In this document: in pieces, positions 8,693 through 18,000 of the stretch
How the letters are laid out: each line of letters starts with the position of its first letter
Position numbering within the stretch: the first letter of the stretch is position 1
Source: an uncultured virus (IMG/VR IMGVR_UViG_3300027917_000037)
Taxonomy: Duplodnaviria > Heunggongvirae > Uroviricota > Caudoviricetes
Virus record (IMG/VR): IMGVR_UViG_3300027917_000037
DNA length: 20,000 nt
Direction: 5' to 3' (one strand)
Position numbers and translations under genes: made by a program
The notes under the pieces: model-generated
Databases searched by the model: none
Seen by the model: the letters and a program-made list of their open reading frames with translations, nothing else
What the model was told of the DNA's origin: nothing

Positions 8693-10920
8693 TGGTATAT
8701 ACTGCATCAAACCATGTAAGATTGGCAATAGTCTCGGAAATTGATCACGAGTCTGGCATTGCCTACACTCGTTGGTTAGATCAGGTTTCCGATGATGGCC
8801 CTCGCATTCCTATTCCACACCCTTATGCTGGACCAGGCGGTGAGGGCATTTTCATAGGGTTGCAGAAAGACAGTATTATTGCAGTTGATATGACATCATA
8901 CGAACGATACATACCTGTTGGAATTTTACCATATACTGGCAACTATGGGGATATAAGTAGCACCGACGAAGCAACTTTTAATAATATTGGATTCCCCGTT
9001 TTAGAACAGGGAGATATTATTCTTCAAGGGAAAACAGGAGCACAAATTACCTTACTAAATGATGGTAGTTTGTCTGCGGTTAACACTTTTAACGAAGGTA
9101 TAACTATTAGTGGTGATGTAGACGATTCTTTCCGCTGTGCAATTGATGTACACTCACCAGTCCAATATTCTGTTTCACAGGGCGGTCTTAGGGCTTTTGG
9201 TATAGTTCGTAGAGATGTCCGCATTGAGGATAGTGAAGAAGACTTTGCTGATTTTCTAAAAGATATAGATTCCGAGGCAGTGCTTGAAGAGGTTGGCAGA
9301 GATCCTAGTAAACAGATTTCATATATTTCTGGATTATCAACAGCCACTGGTGCAAGTACTAGTGATGATAAAAATTTCCGAAACCCGGCTTTCATAGAAG
9401 ATAGAAAGGTTTTGTTAGAATATGGGCGTAACTGGGAAGTAGGGACATTTGATGAAGAATTAGCTCGTTTGCGTAGCGATTTAATTCCACAAGGAGATTT
9501 TGAACATCGCAGAGAAAGAAGGAGTAATGCTTTAAGTTTATCACTTACATATCCAAATGAACTGATTGAGCAGGTTAGTGGAACATTGGTGGATGTTTTT
9601 GGAAATGTTTTGGATGTTAATAAAAATATAATTCCTGTTCCATCTGGAAAAGATGAAAAAGAATTGCTACTTGATATGTTTGAAAAGACTAGACATTCAG
9701 TAGCATATCACATGGAAATAAATACCAAAAAAGGTTTTGCTTATAGAGAAGAAAGATCCAATACAAAAAAACCTATATTGCTTAATGAACCTCCAGATCC
9801 TACCACATCTGCTAATAATGCTAAAGATCGCAGTCGTTGGGCTTTGCGTGTAGATAAAGAAGGTTTAACAACCATAAACATTCCGGCTACTTCCGAAACT
9901 GGCAATGTTCCTTTACTTACTAGGCAAGAAACTTCCAGTGTGTTGGAGGTAGATGAAAAAGGTGTTGTTCAAGATAAGGCAAGAGAACTGTACGAAAGTA
10001 GAGAACTTTTTAGAAATGAGAACAATCAGGATATTTTCTTGGATCAGTTTGGACCTGGCGGAATTACCATTAAGGGCGTTGAGACAAAAAATAGGTTAAA
10101 AGGTAAGACAAGTAGTTGGAAAGATGAAGAAAATAGCCAAGCAGCCCTGCCAGAATTTATACAAGCAGGTACAGCCTTCCATGATATAACACAAACCGCT
10201 CAGAACCTTTTGGAAAAAGATATTAATAAAAAAGCATCAGATATATTTGATGATTCTTCTCCAGCCGTTGGTTTGCCTGCTATTTCTTCAGAGATCAATG
10301 CTGAAGTTCCTAAGGCTAACACAGATGTTGCTACTCGTGATTCTACAACAGGTTTGGTGAACGATCAGCCAAATGCTGGCGGCCGAAGTTTACAACTCAA
10401 CCTCGATGGCAGTTTGGAAACTTCAATAGGGGCCAATACGGTTGACCGAGTGGCTTGGACTTTGGATACGGCTGGTGCTCTTGTGGCAAGGCTTGGAAGA
10501 GACAGGCAGGGTCGTAGTGCAATAGTTCATACGGATGGACATGTTGTGTTAGAGGTTGGTGGCTGGGATTTTGTAGGTGATGGTACTAATGATCAGGTTG
10601 ATACGCGTTTTGTTGGTCGCGGAGAGAGCCGTGCAGATACTTTACCTGGCGACCCTACAAGATTTAGAAGTGGTAAAGTAGTTATAAAAATTAGGAGAGC
10701 CAATCCAACAAATACTGGTCCTGATGCAGATGGTGATGATCAGTTATTAATTATAGATGAAACTGGAATCACCATTAAGAGTGTTGGACAGTTAAACCTA
10801 GTAAGTGATGGAAATATGTCAATAAAAAGTGGTGCCCAATTAATTTTAGACGGCGAGGTGGTGCGCATTTATGAGCACAACTCTCGTTTTGTTACGAAAT
10901 CTGGAAGACGCATAGCGTAA
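8692..10920 (+). CDS. Baseplate central spike (P2 gpV / Mu gp45 / T4 gp5-like), 742 aa
   Basis: N-terminal OB-fold-like VRLAIVSEIDHESGIAYTRW..GEGIFIGLQKDSIIAV, then PVLEQGDIILQGKTGAQITLLNDG. The C-terminal alternating beta-strand pattern LIIDETGITIKSVGQLNLVSDGNMSIKSGAQLILDG fits a beta-helix. Follows the hub with a TAATG overlap (8690-8694). Confidence 0.7.
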   Translation: MVYTASNHVRLAIVSEIDHESGIAYTRWLDQVSDDGPRIPIPHPYAGPGGEGIFIGLQKDSIIAVDMTSYERYIPVGILPYTGNYGDISSTDEATFNNIGFPVLEQGDIILQGKTGAQITLLNDGSLSAVNTFNEGITISGDVDDSFRCAIDVHSPVQYSVSQGGLRAFGIVRRDVRIEDSEEDFADFLKDIDSEAVLEEVGRDPSKQISYISGLSTATGASTSDDKNFRNPAFIEDRKVLLEYGRNWEVGTFDEELARLRSDLIPQGDFEHRRERRSNALSLSLTYPNELIEQVSGTLVDVFGNVLDVNKNIIPVPSGKDEKELLLDMFEKTRHSVAYHMEINTKKGFAYREERSNTKKPILLNEPPDPTTSANNAKDRSRWALRVDKEGLTTINIPATSETGNVPLLTRQETSSVLEVDEKGVVQDKARELYESRELFRNENNQDIFLDQFGPGGITIKGVETKNRLKGKTSSWKDEENSQAALPEFIQAGTAFHDITQTAQNLLEKDINKKASDIFDDSSPAVGLPAISSEINAEVPKANTDVATRDSTTGLVNDQPNAGGRSLQLNLDGSLETSIGANTVDRVAWTLDTAGALVARLGRDRQGRSAIVHTDGHVVLEVGGWDFVGDGTNDQVDTRFVGRGESRADTLPGDPTRFRSGKVVIKIRRANPTNTGPDADGDDQLLIIDETGITIKSVGQLNLVSDGNMSIKSGAQLILDGEVVRIYEHNSRFVTKSGRRIA

Positions 10921-10929
10921 GGAGAAATT

Positions 10930-12960
10930 ATGACGAAACCGAGTAACCCAGACCGAGTTCCTCTTCCCGATGATGAAATTGAAGAGACATATTCGGAATT
11001 AATAGATGAGTTGCAATGTACTTGTGCTGCAGGCGCAAAAATTCAGGCTGCAACATTGCCAAGTGCAACAATTAATCTGGGTGACATTATTGCCGATCAG
11101 ACCAGAATACTAACTGCGTTCACATCAGCATATAGTATCATTACTGTTATACTTCGTATGATTTCTTGTATTATTGATGTGATTTGTGCCCTGGTGAGTC
11201 CCTTTTCTTTGATATTTGCAATCATACGTTTATTTGGCACATGTTTACCAGATTTCATTTTAATTTTTCCCCAACTTGCTATTCCAGCAAAGATTATTTG
11301 TATTATCAAAATAATATTATCAATAATCGATTACATTTTGAATGTTATTATACCAATTATTGAAGAAATTATTGAAAATATTAGCAATCTTGTTGATGCG
11401 TTTATATTTGGCAACACTGATGCACAGATTGCTGTAGCCTTCAAAATCGCCGCGCTATTTAAAGAGTTATTGAACATTATTGGAATCTTAAACGCTCTTG
11501 CTGCCATTTGGGAAATGATTAAAGTTTTGTTAAATTTAGGCATTGCTTTACCATGCGGTGGTGGTGGTGGATCTTGCGTCGATTGCGGTGATAATTGTCC
11601 TCCTGCAGTTCAAGAAACCAGTCATACTGGAACAGACGGTCAAATGATTGTAATTTTTGGAAGTGATGTGTTTACTTTCCAAATGTATTTTTATTCGGCT
11701 ACTAAGCGCAGTGAACTTCTAACATTGCAAGATTATTTTCCAAAAGGTTTAGATTATACTGAGTTTAAAGATGAGGAAGATTTACCATATACTTTAGATG
11801 TAGACGGTAATACATATGCTGTTACTTCGATTGCTTCTAATGGAATGATGACATTATTTCAAATTATACCAGACATGTCAACTGATGGTTATTTATCACT
11901 TACTTATGGTGCTGGTTTACCTCTTCCTGATCCAACCAAGGATGTGCGTTTGGGAACGCCAACTGGACAATTTACATCTTCAATGGAAAATGCAAATTAT
12001 GTCACTCTTAGTGATACTGATAGTGCTGGTTATATTAATGGCGGCACCTGGAAAATTGTCCAAGTATATGATTCATATAATGCAGTTTTAAGAAGAGAAG
12101 ATGGAGAAACTTGGATAGCAAGTAGCGAGGTTTACTGGAGAATTGCTCCAAGTGCGCCTTCCACAGGCACAAATAAGACTTTTAGTTTTAACATTAACCA
12201 TACAGAGTTGATTAGACATAATGTAATTAATCTGGGTTGTCATCCAGCAGTTAAAGTGGAGAAAGATGCTTTAAGTGCACGGTTTTCTGCTATAGCAGAT
12301 AATTATGGTGCTGGGCTTGGTCTTCCAGATTTACCAGATTTAGATGGTGCAATTAGTAGTGTTACAGGTTGCATTACAAATGTGGTACCAACTGATGTGG
12401 ATTCTCAATATATTCTTGATAATTATGATACCATAGCCAATCAAATTGTGCCTATGGGAGAGTGTATTGAAAACACCCTTAATGGTTTTAGAACTGAGTT
12501 GATTTCTTATGGACAGGAAATATATCCAAGATTATTTGACCCAGAAGCAACGGCTGAGTCATTTACAGCCTCTCCGTTATTGCAAATTGTAGGACATAAT
12601 ATAGATGTTAGTTTAACGGCTTATGATAGGTATGGTGAGATTTTAGGTAGAGGCTTTCCAGAAGATGTTGTACAGGCAGAATTTTTTACATCTGGTGGAG
12701 AAATTTCTAGTGCTACAGAGGTTTTGGATGCATATGGTGTGTCAACTGGGGTATATACTTCAATACTAACAAGCAGTGTTCCAAGAACAGCAGTTATAAC
12801 TGCCAAAGTAGCTGACACATATGTAAGTGAGTTTGATGGATACAATCTAATTACCAAGGAAATTGAAGTAGAGTTTATTACTACTTCTGAAATGCAAAAA
12901 CGTAGAAGTGCCATCATCGGTGAGGTTTCTTCTGAACCCCTTGGTGCTATATCGGAGTGA
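10930..12960 (+). CDS. Unknown virion-associated protein, 676 aa: Cys-flanked hydrophobic/amphipathic N-terminal region, beta-rich middle, C-terminal Ig-like (invasin Big_1-like) domain
   Basis: Strong AAGGAG SD. About 150-aa Ile/Leu-rich segment followed by PCGGGGGSCVDCGDNCP. The C-terminal IDVSLTAYDRYG..GVYTSILTSSVPRTAVITAKV resembles bacterial Ig-like group 1 domains. The ORF is secure; the function is not. Confidence 0.6.
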   Translation: MTKPSNPDRVPLPDDEIEETYSELIDELQCTCAAGAKIQAATLPSATINLGDIIADQTRILTAFTSAYSIITVILRMISCIIDVICALVSPFSLIFAIIRLFGTCLPDFILIFPQLAIPAKIICIIKIILSIIDYILNVIIPIIEEIIENISNLVDAFIFGNTDAQIAVAFKIAALFKELLNIIGILNALAAIWEMIKVLLNLGIALPCGGGGGSCVDCGDNCPPAVQETSHTGTDGQMIVIFGSDVFTFQMYFYSATKRSELLTLQDYFPKGLDYTEFKDEEDLPYTLDVDGNTYAVTSIASNGMMTLFQIIPDMSTDGYLSLTYGAGLPLPDPTKDVRLGTPTGQFTSSMENANYVTLSDTDSAGYINGGTWKIVQVYDSYNAVLRREDGETWIASSEVYWRIAPSAPSTGTNKTFSFNINHTELIRHNVINLGCHPAVKVEKDALSARFSAIADNYGAGLGLPDLPDLDGAISSVTGCITNVVPTDVDSQYILDNYDTIANQIVPMGECIENTLNGFRTELISYGQEIYPRLFDPEATAESFTASPLLQIVGHNIDVSLTAYDRYGEILGRGFPEDVVQAEFFTSGGEISSATEVLDAYGVSTGVYTSILTSSVPRTAVITAKVADTYVSEFDGYNLITKEIEVEFITTSEMQKRRSAIIGEVSSEPLGAISE

Positions 12961-12963
12961 TAA

Positions 12964-14622
12964 ATGGCAGAATTTGCTGATAAGTCGACACTTAGTAAAT
13001 TTGATATTATTAAGTTTGCAAAAAACATTTTATCAGAGGTTGAAGAAATTCGTGCTTTTGATGGTCTTGCGGACGAAGAAACGGCTGATAACTTCAAAGT
13101 GCCCAACGAGTCCAGAATAAATGCCCTTTTTAGGTTAATTGGACTCCCTATGTTTGTAACAGTTGAAACAAAAGTGAAGGGTGAAAAGGGAAGGGATGCT
13201 ACTGGCTTGCGACATATGTCACCGGGATATTCTGCACATAAAGATAGAATAAAATTTCTTGATTATAATATTAAAAATGCGGAAAAGATTGGCGATGATG
13301 AAATATCAAAAATTCTAATTGATAGGGAGACTACGCTACAGAAAATGGAAGGTTCTATTGGTGGCGAGGAAATGAACAGAAAGATGGCCCTTTCGTTAAC
13401 GATTCCTATGTCATTGGCAGCCAATGTGCCAGATGAAGATAATAAGTTGGGGAATACTGTTGGTAAGGGCGAAAATCAGCGAGAGGTTTATAAAAAACTT
13501 TTCCCACTCATTACATCTTATAGGGAGATTTTACCAAAGAAAAACGAAATCGCCGTGCCTTTTACAACAAAAGAATATCGCAAAATCAATAGCACAACAG
13601 AACTGCAGCGCCCATTTATTGAAACTGTGGCACGAATTAGATTGGTTACTTCTGATAATGCTGGATCAACTGCTGATACAGACAGGGAAACAGAACAACT
13701 ACAATCTTTAAGTGGGAGGCTGGCTGAAGATGATTATGAAAAAATTGTTAAGGATTTTGCCACTCTCAAGGCAGCAGATATCCTTGAAGTTTTCATTTTA
13801 AATAAACTGTTTGTTTCGTTGGAGCAGTTAGCAAATAAGTGGGTAGAAATAAAGAAAAAACAACAACTGGCGGCAAAACAAGATGTATTCAGCATTTCAG
13901 TGAAAACCACTTCGTCAAAAAGAAACCCATTGGGTAAGAGAGTTGATGTGTCTGCCGATTTAACTTTACGAAAAGAAGGATCTGATACTGGAAATAGATT
14001 AGCATGGTTGAGAAAAAAGGAGGCGGAAGAGGAGGCATTCTTAAGTCTTCTACCTTCTGATAATGTTGTTGATGCACAAAGTACTAGTCCAAAAACCGCT
14101 GTCACTTCAAACACTTCGTTTGGGGCTTTAATTAATGAGTTTACAGATTTATTAAATAACAATTTAACTCAAATAAAAAAAGAGATTAAGCGAGAAGAGG
14201 CTAGAATTAAAAAAAATATACAATCCGTGGAACAGTTAAGATTGGAAGTAGATATGATGACTGGTGAGTTTTCTGGGCTTTCTGTGCCCGATGTTGTTGC
14301 TTTAATCGCAGGGCTTTTTCTAATCAAAAAAGAAGATTTATTAGCCCTTTTGGATGAAGAAACTGTAGATATAATGAAAGAAGATGACACTTTAAAGGGT
14401 GCAGTTGAAAGTCTTGGGGTAACAATTAGCCCCTCTAGTGCCTACACGGCTGTACAAAATTTGGAAAAAGCAGTAAGTGGTGTTTACAAAATACTAGAAT
14501 TGTACGCTCGGGCTTTAGAAGATAAATCTAAGAGAACAAACAGAAGAGGGAAGCGCAAAGAGAAGAAGCAACAAAAAACTGAAACCTCTTTATCAGGAAG
14601 AACAACTCAGGCTACTTCATAA
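12964..14622 (+). CDS. Unknown helical/coiled-coil protein, 552 aa, basic C-terminal tail
   Basis: GGAG SD and a 3-nt gap to the upstream gene. Heptad-like LNNNLTQIKKEIKREEARIKKNIQSVEQLRLEV. Ends with KSKRTNRRGKRKEKKQQK. No family recognised. Confidence 0.6.
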   Translation: MAEFADKSTLSKFDIIKFAKNILSEVEEIRAFDGLADEETADNFKVPNESRINALFRLIGLPMFVTVETKVKGEKGRDATGLRHMSPGYSAHKDRIKFLDYNIKNAEKIGDDEISKILIDRETTLQKMEGSIGGEEMNRKMALSLTIPMSLAANVPDEDNKLGNTVGKGENQREVYKKLFPLITSYREILPKKNEIAVPFTTKEYRKINSTTELQRPFIETVARIRLVTSDNAGSTADTDRETEQLQSLSGRLAEDDYEKIVKDFATLKAADILEVFILNKLFVSLEQLANKWVEIKKKQQLAAKQDVFSISVKTTSSKRNPLGKRVDVSADLTLRKEGSDTGNRLAWLRKKEAEEEAFLSLLPSDNVVDAQSTSPKTAVTSNTSFGALINEFTDLLNNNLTQIKKEIKREEARIKKNIQSVEQLRLEVDMMTGEFSGLSVPDVVALIAGLFLIKKEDLLALLDEETVDIMKEDDTLKGAVESLGVTISPSSAYTAVQNLEKAVSGVYKILELYARALEDKSKRTNRRGKRKEKKQQKTETSLSGRTTQATS

Positions 14623-14633
14623 CGGAGGGTTAA

Positions 14634-15062
14634 ATGTCTTTCGATCTGAAAATAACAAATAACGATTTGGCGTTAAATCCCGATGGTACCCTACAAACTG
14701 TCACTAATAATGACAAGTTGATACAGGATATTATAAAAGCCATACTTACACCTATTGGATCAAATAAGTTTTTTAAGTGGTATGGTTGTGCTTTGGGTAG
14801 TCGTGTTGTTGGACAAGCACTTGACGCAACCCTAACTCAAATAGAAATTCAAAGATCTATTCAAGATAGTTTGACAAATTTGATTTCATTGCAAAAAGCA
14901 CAGGCAAGACATCAATATGTTTCTGCGGGGGAAAGTATTGCGGCAGTTCAAGAAATTTCTGCCCTAAGAAACATGGAAGATCCACGACAGTACGAGATAT
15001 ATGTTTCCGTGCTAACAAGAAAACTTACAATAGCAGAAACTACATTTACTTTGAGGGTTTAA
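14634..15062 (+). CDS. Baseplate wedge / sheath initiator (T4 gp25 / P2 gpW-like)
   Basis: Size of 142 aa and motif DLALNPDGTLQTV..KLIQDIIKAILTPIGSNKFFKWYG match gp25-like proteins. Immediately upstream of baseplate J. GGAGG SD. Confidence 0.85.
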   Translation: MSFDLKITNNDLALNPDGTLQTVTNNDKLIQDIIKAILTPIGSNKFFKWYGCALGSRVVGQALDATLTQIEIQRSIQDSLTNLISLQKAQARHQYVSAGESIAAVQEISALRNMEDPRQYEIYVSVLTRKLTIAETTFTLRV

Positions 15063-15063
15063 T

Positions 15064-18000
15064 ATGACAACTTACAAAAGTTTTAATGATTTGGTCCTAG
15101 ACATTTTAGACTATCTGCGTCTAACCCAACCGAGCTTGGATGTAAAACCTAATTCTGTAGCTCGCGATTTATTCGTTGATTCTCAATCATTGCAGATTGC
15201 AACATTATATGATGCTTTACGAGAAGTCGCAGCCATGCAGTCTGTAGCAAATGTGACTGGGCAAGATCTTACAAACTATGGGGCAAACTTTGGTTTAACT
15301 CGGCGAGCTGGTACTAAAGCAACTGGAACAGTTATTTTTACATTTCGTTCTATGGACAATGATGTTACCATCTCGGCTGGTTCTGTGGTTAGAACCAGAA
15401 CTGGAGTTCCCTTCGTTACTGTATCTACCACAACGGCTTTAGCCTCTCAAAGTAATGCTTTAAAAGCAACCGCCACACGATTAAGACAAAGTTTAGACAC
15501 TGCTGGTATTACAGACACTTATGCTTTAGAGGTATCTGTTGAGGCACAAAGTACTGGGTCGGCTGGCAATGTGTCTAAATATTCGGTCACCAGTCATAGT
15601 GTGGCTGGTGTAAATAATGCAACCAACTTAGCATCTTTTACTGGCGGTACTGATCAAGAAGATGATTCGTCCTTTAGGGCAAGAGTTTTGGCAACTTTTG
15701 CCGGTACAAATGTAGGAACTGCCATAGGATATAAGAGCATTGTCCTTAATTTGGCTGATGCAATTGATGCCCTAGTGATTGAGCCTGGTGATCCACTTAT
15801 GACGCGTGATGGAAGTGTTGTGGTAACCAATGATGATGGTGAACTGATTGTCTCTGAACCTGGAACGGGAGGTAGAATAGATATTTATGTGATGGGCGAA
15901 AATGCACAGGCTGGTATTGATAGTTTTGTATATAACGATCAAAGTGGCCAAGATGATCCCACAGATAGCGATAATGATTACATTTTGGGCCAAAGTAGTC
16001 TAACAGCAGATACTAGTTTAACTTTAAATTCTAGGCGTGTTGCAACTCTTTCTGGCACAGCAGATATTCCATTACAACCAATCTCCAGAATAGTTTCTGT
16101 TAGCGGTAGCCTTTCTGGACCGAATTTTGTAGAACAATATTTGGATTCAGTTGGAAATTTACAAGGCAATTTTAAATTAACTACAGATACTGGAATTGCT
16201 GGTGGAAGTTCATTTGGATTAGATAAGTTTTCGTGGACATCAAGTTATATTTCTTTAACAGATGAATCTGTTACTAAAGGTACTTTCAATGGTATTGATG
16301 GGCTGGCTTTTACAGATGTGTTGGAAATTCCAGCCATTAGGCAAGAGATTCAGGTAATTAACGAAAATTCGGTTGTTTCAGGTTCTTCCAGACAATATGT
16401 TACCACCTTGCATACACCTGTTGTGACGGTTACGCGCGTTTATAATCTAACAACAGGGGAGCGTTACACAATCGCTGATCAAGATCCAGATGGAACTGGT
16501 GATGTGAATACAACCGGACGCATTGAAATTAGTGGCAGAACACTTCCAACAGCCAGCGATATATTACAGGTTGATTATTTGTGGCAACATGAATTTGATC
16601 CGCATATAGATTTTGATAATTTTGATCCACAAGATTCTTTAAACTCAACTCAAGATTCTGTGGAATGGGGGTTTTCCAACTATATTAGAGACGAATTGGT
16701 AACAGCAAATCTTGATTCCTATAATAACCTTACCATAGATGTGCAATATCCTGTTACAAGGGTGTTAGGTGTTAATACTTATATTTCAGAAACGGCAATT
16801 GTACAAAGTTCGGGTACAGGGAAAACTTTAGAAGTAAGTACGGCTATTTCTAATATTCACTATATCAAGGATACTTCTATAAGCGGTTCGCCTGAAGTTT
16901 TTAATACGAGTATAGCAGACGGTAATTTTTCCAACAAACTTATTACACTACCTTCTGATACACTTGCTCAAACGGGTGATCAGGTAACTGTGGTTTATAA
17001 TTTATCTGATATCTACAGCACCTCTGATGGGTATGTTGGATCTGTTCTTAATGATGTGATTACCATTTTACCCTATACCGCCGTTGCTTCTGGAACTTCG
17101 GTTTTAGTTAATTATGTTGCGGCCTTCCGCAATTTATTGCCTACAACTAATATAATTGATCTTCCAGTTTCCAGTGATGGGTTGAATTCGTTTACTGGGG
17201 TAGATGGTTACCAGCCCGTACAAAACTCATATTCTGGATCAACTGTTGTTTCCAACAATCGTCGCTCACCGAGCATTTTAAGAGCAACTACAACAAACTT
17301 ACCTTCCGAGGGTACCATTCGAGTTGTTGGAACGACCTTAACTAAAACTACTGGAATTTTTTCTGCTACGGCGGATTCAACAATTGATCTTTCCACACCT
17401 ATAAAAACCGTTGAGGGTACGGGTACAGTTTCTTCAAGCATTTATGTCGCCAGGGTGATTTCCGTGGAAAAGGTGTCGCTAACTGCTTCGGGAGAGGTTG
17501 AAAGTGTTGATGTGGAATATGATGTTACAAATTACCAAATCAAGAATACACAATGGGATAAAGCCTATGCTATTGAAAATACCAGCCTGAATAATACTCA
17601 GTTGCAATTAGCAAGTGTCAGTGCAAATACCTCTACTCCTATCACTACAGGAACTTCCTTGCGTGTTATATTTTATTATGCAAAAACGAACGACTATGAA
17701 GATCTGTTTTTCTCAAAAAATGGTGCAGCATATACTGATAAGCGTTTTGGGCACATCTCGTCAATCAATAGACTTTCGGGAATGCAAGATTCGGGTGGCA
17801 CCATTTCTGGGAAAATATTACTTGATTCTTTCAACCAGCCACTTGTAAATAACTCATATCTTGTAGATTATAATTATACTGCTCCAAAAGATAATGAAAG
17901 AATTACTGTTAATTTTGAATATAATAAATTAATAGTGGATGCGACAGAGGCTGTTGAGGATGGTAGGCCTATTACGGCAGATGTGTTAGTAAAGGCTGCT

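Noticed and set aside
11557..11570. (GGT)n microsatellite as a phase-variation tract
   Set aside because: Only four full in-frame triplets encoding a Gly linker. A length change would not shift the frame.
14013..14019. In-frame A_AAA_AAG heptamer in the 552-aa gene
   Set aside because: The -1 frame closes within about a dozen codons and I see no downstream stem or pseudoknot.
14524..14577. Basic stretch as a eukaryotic nuclear localisation signal
   Set aside because: The context is a prokaryotic virus operon with SD-led genes. A Lys/Arg cluster alone does not support an NLS.
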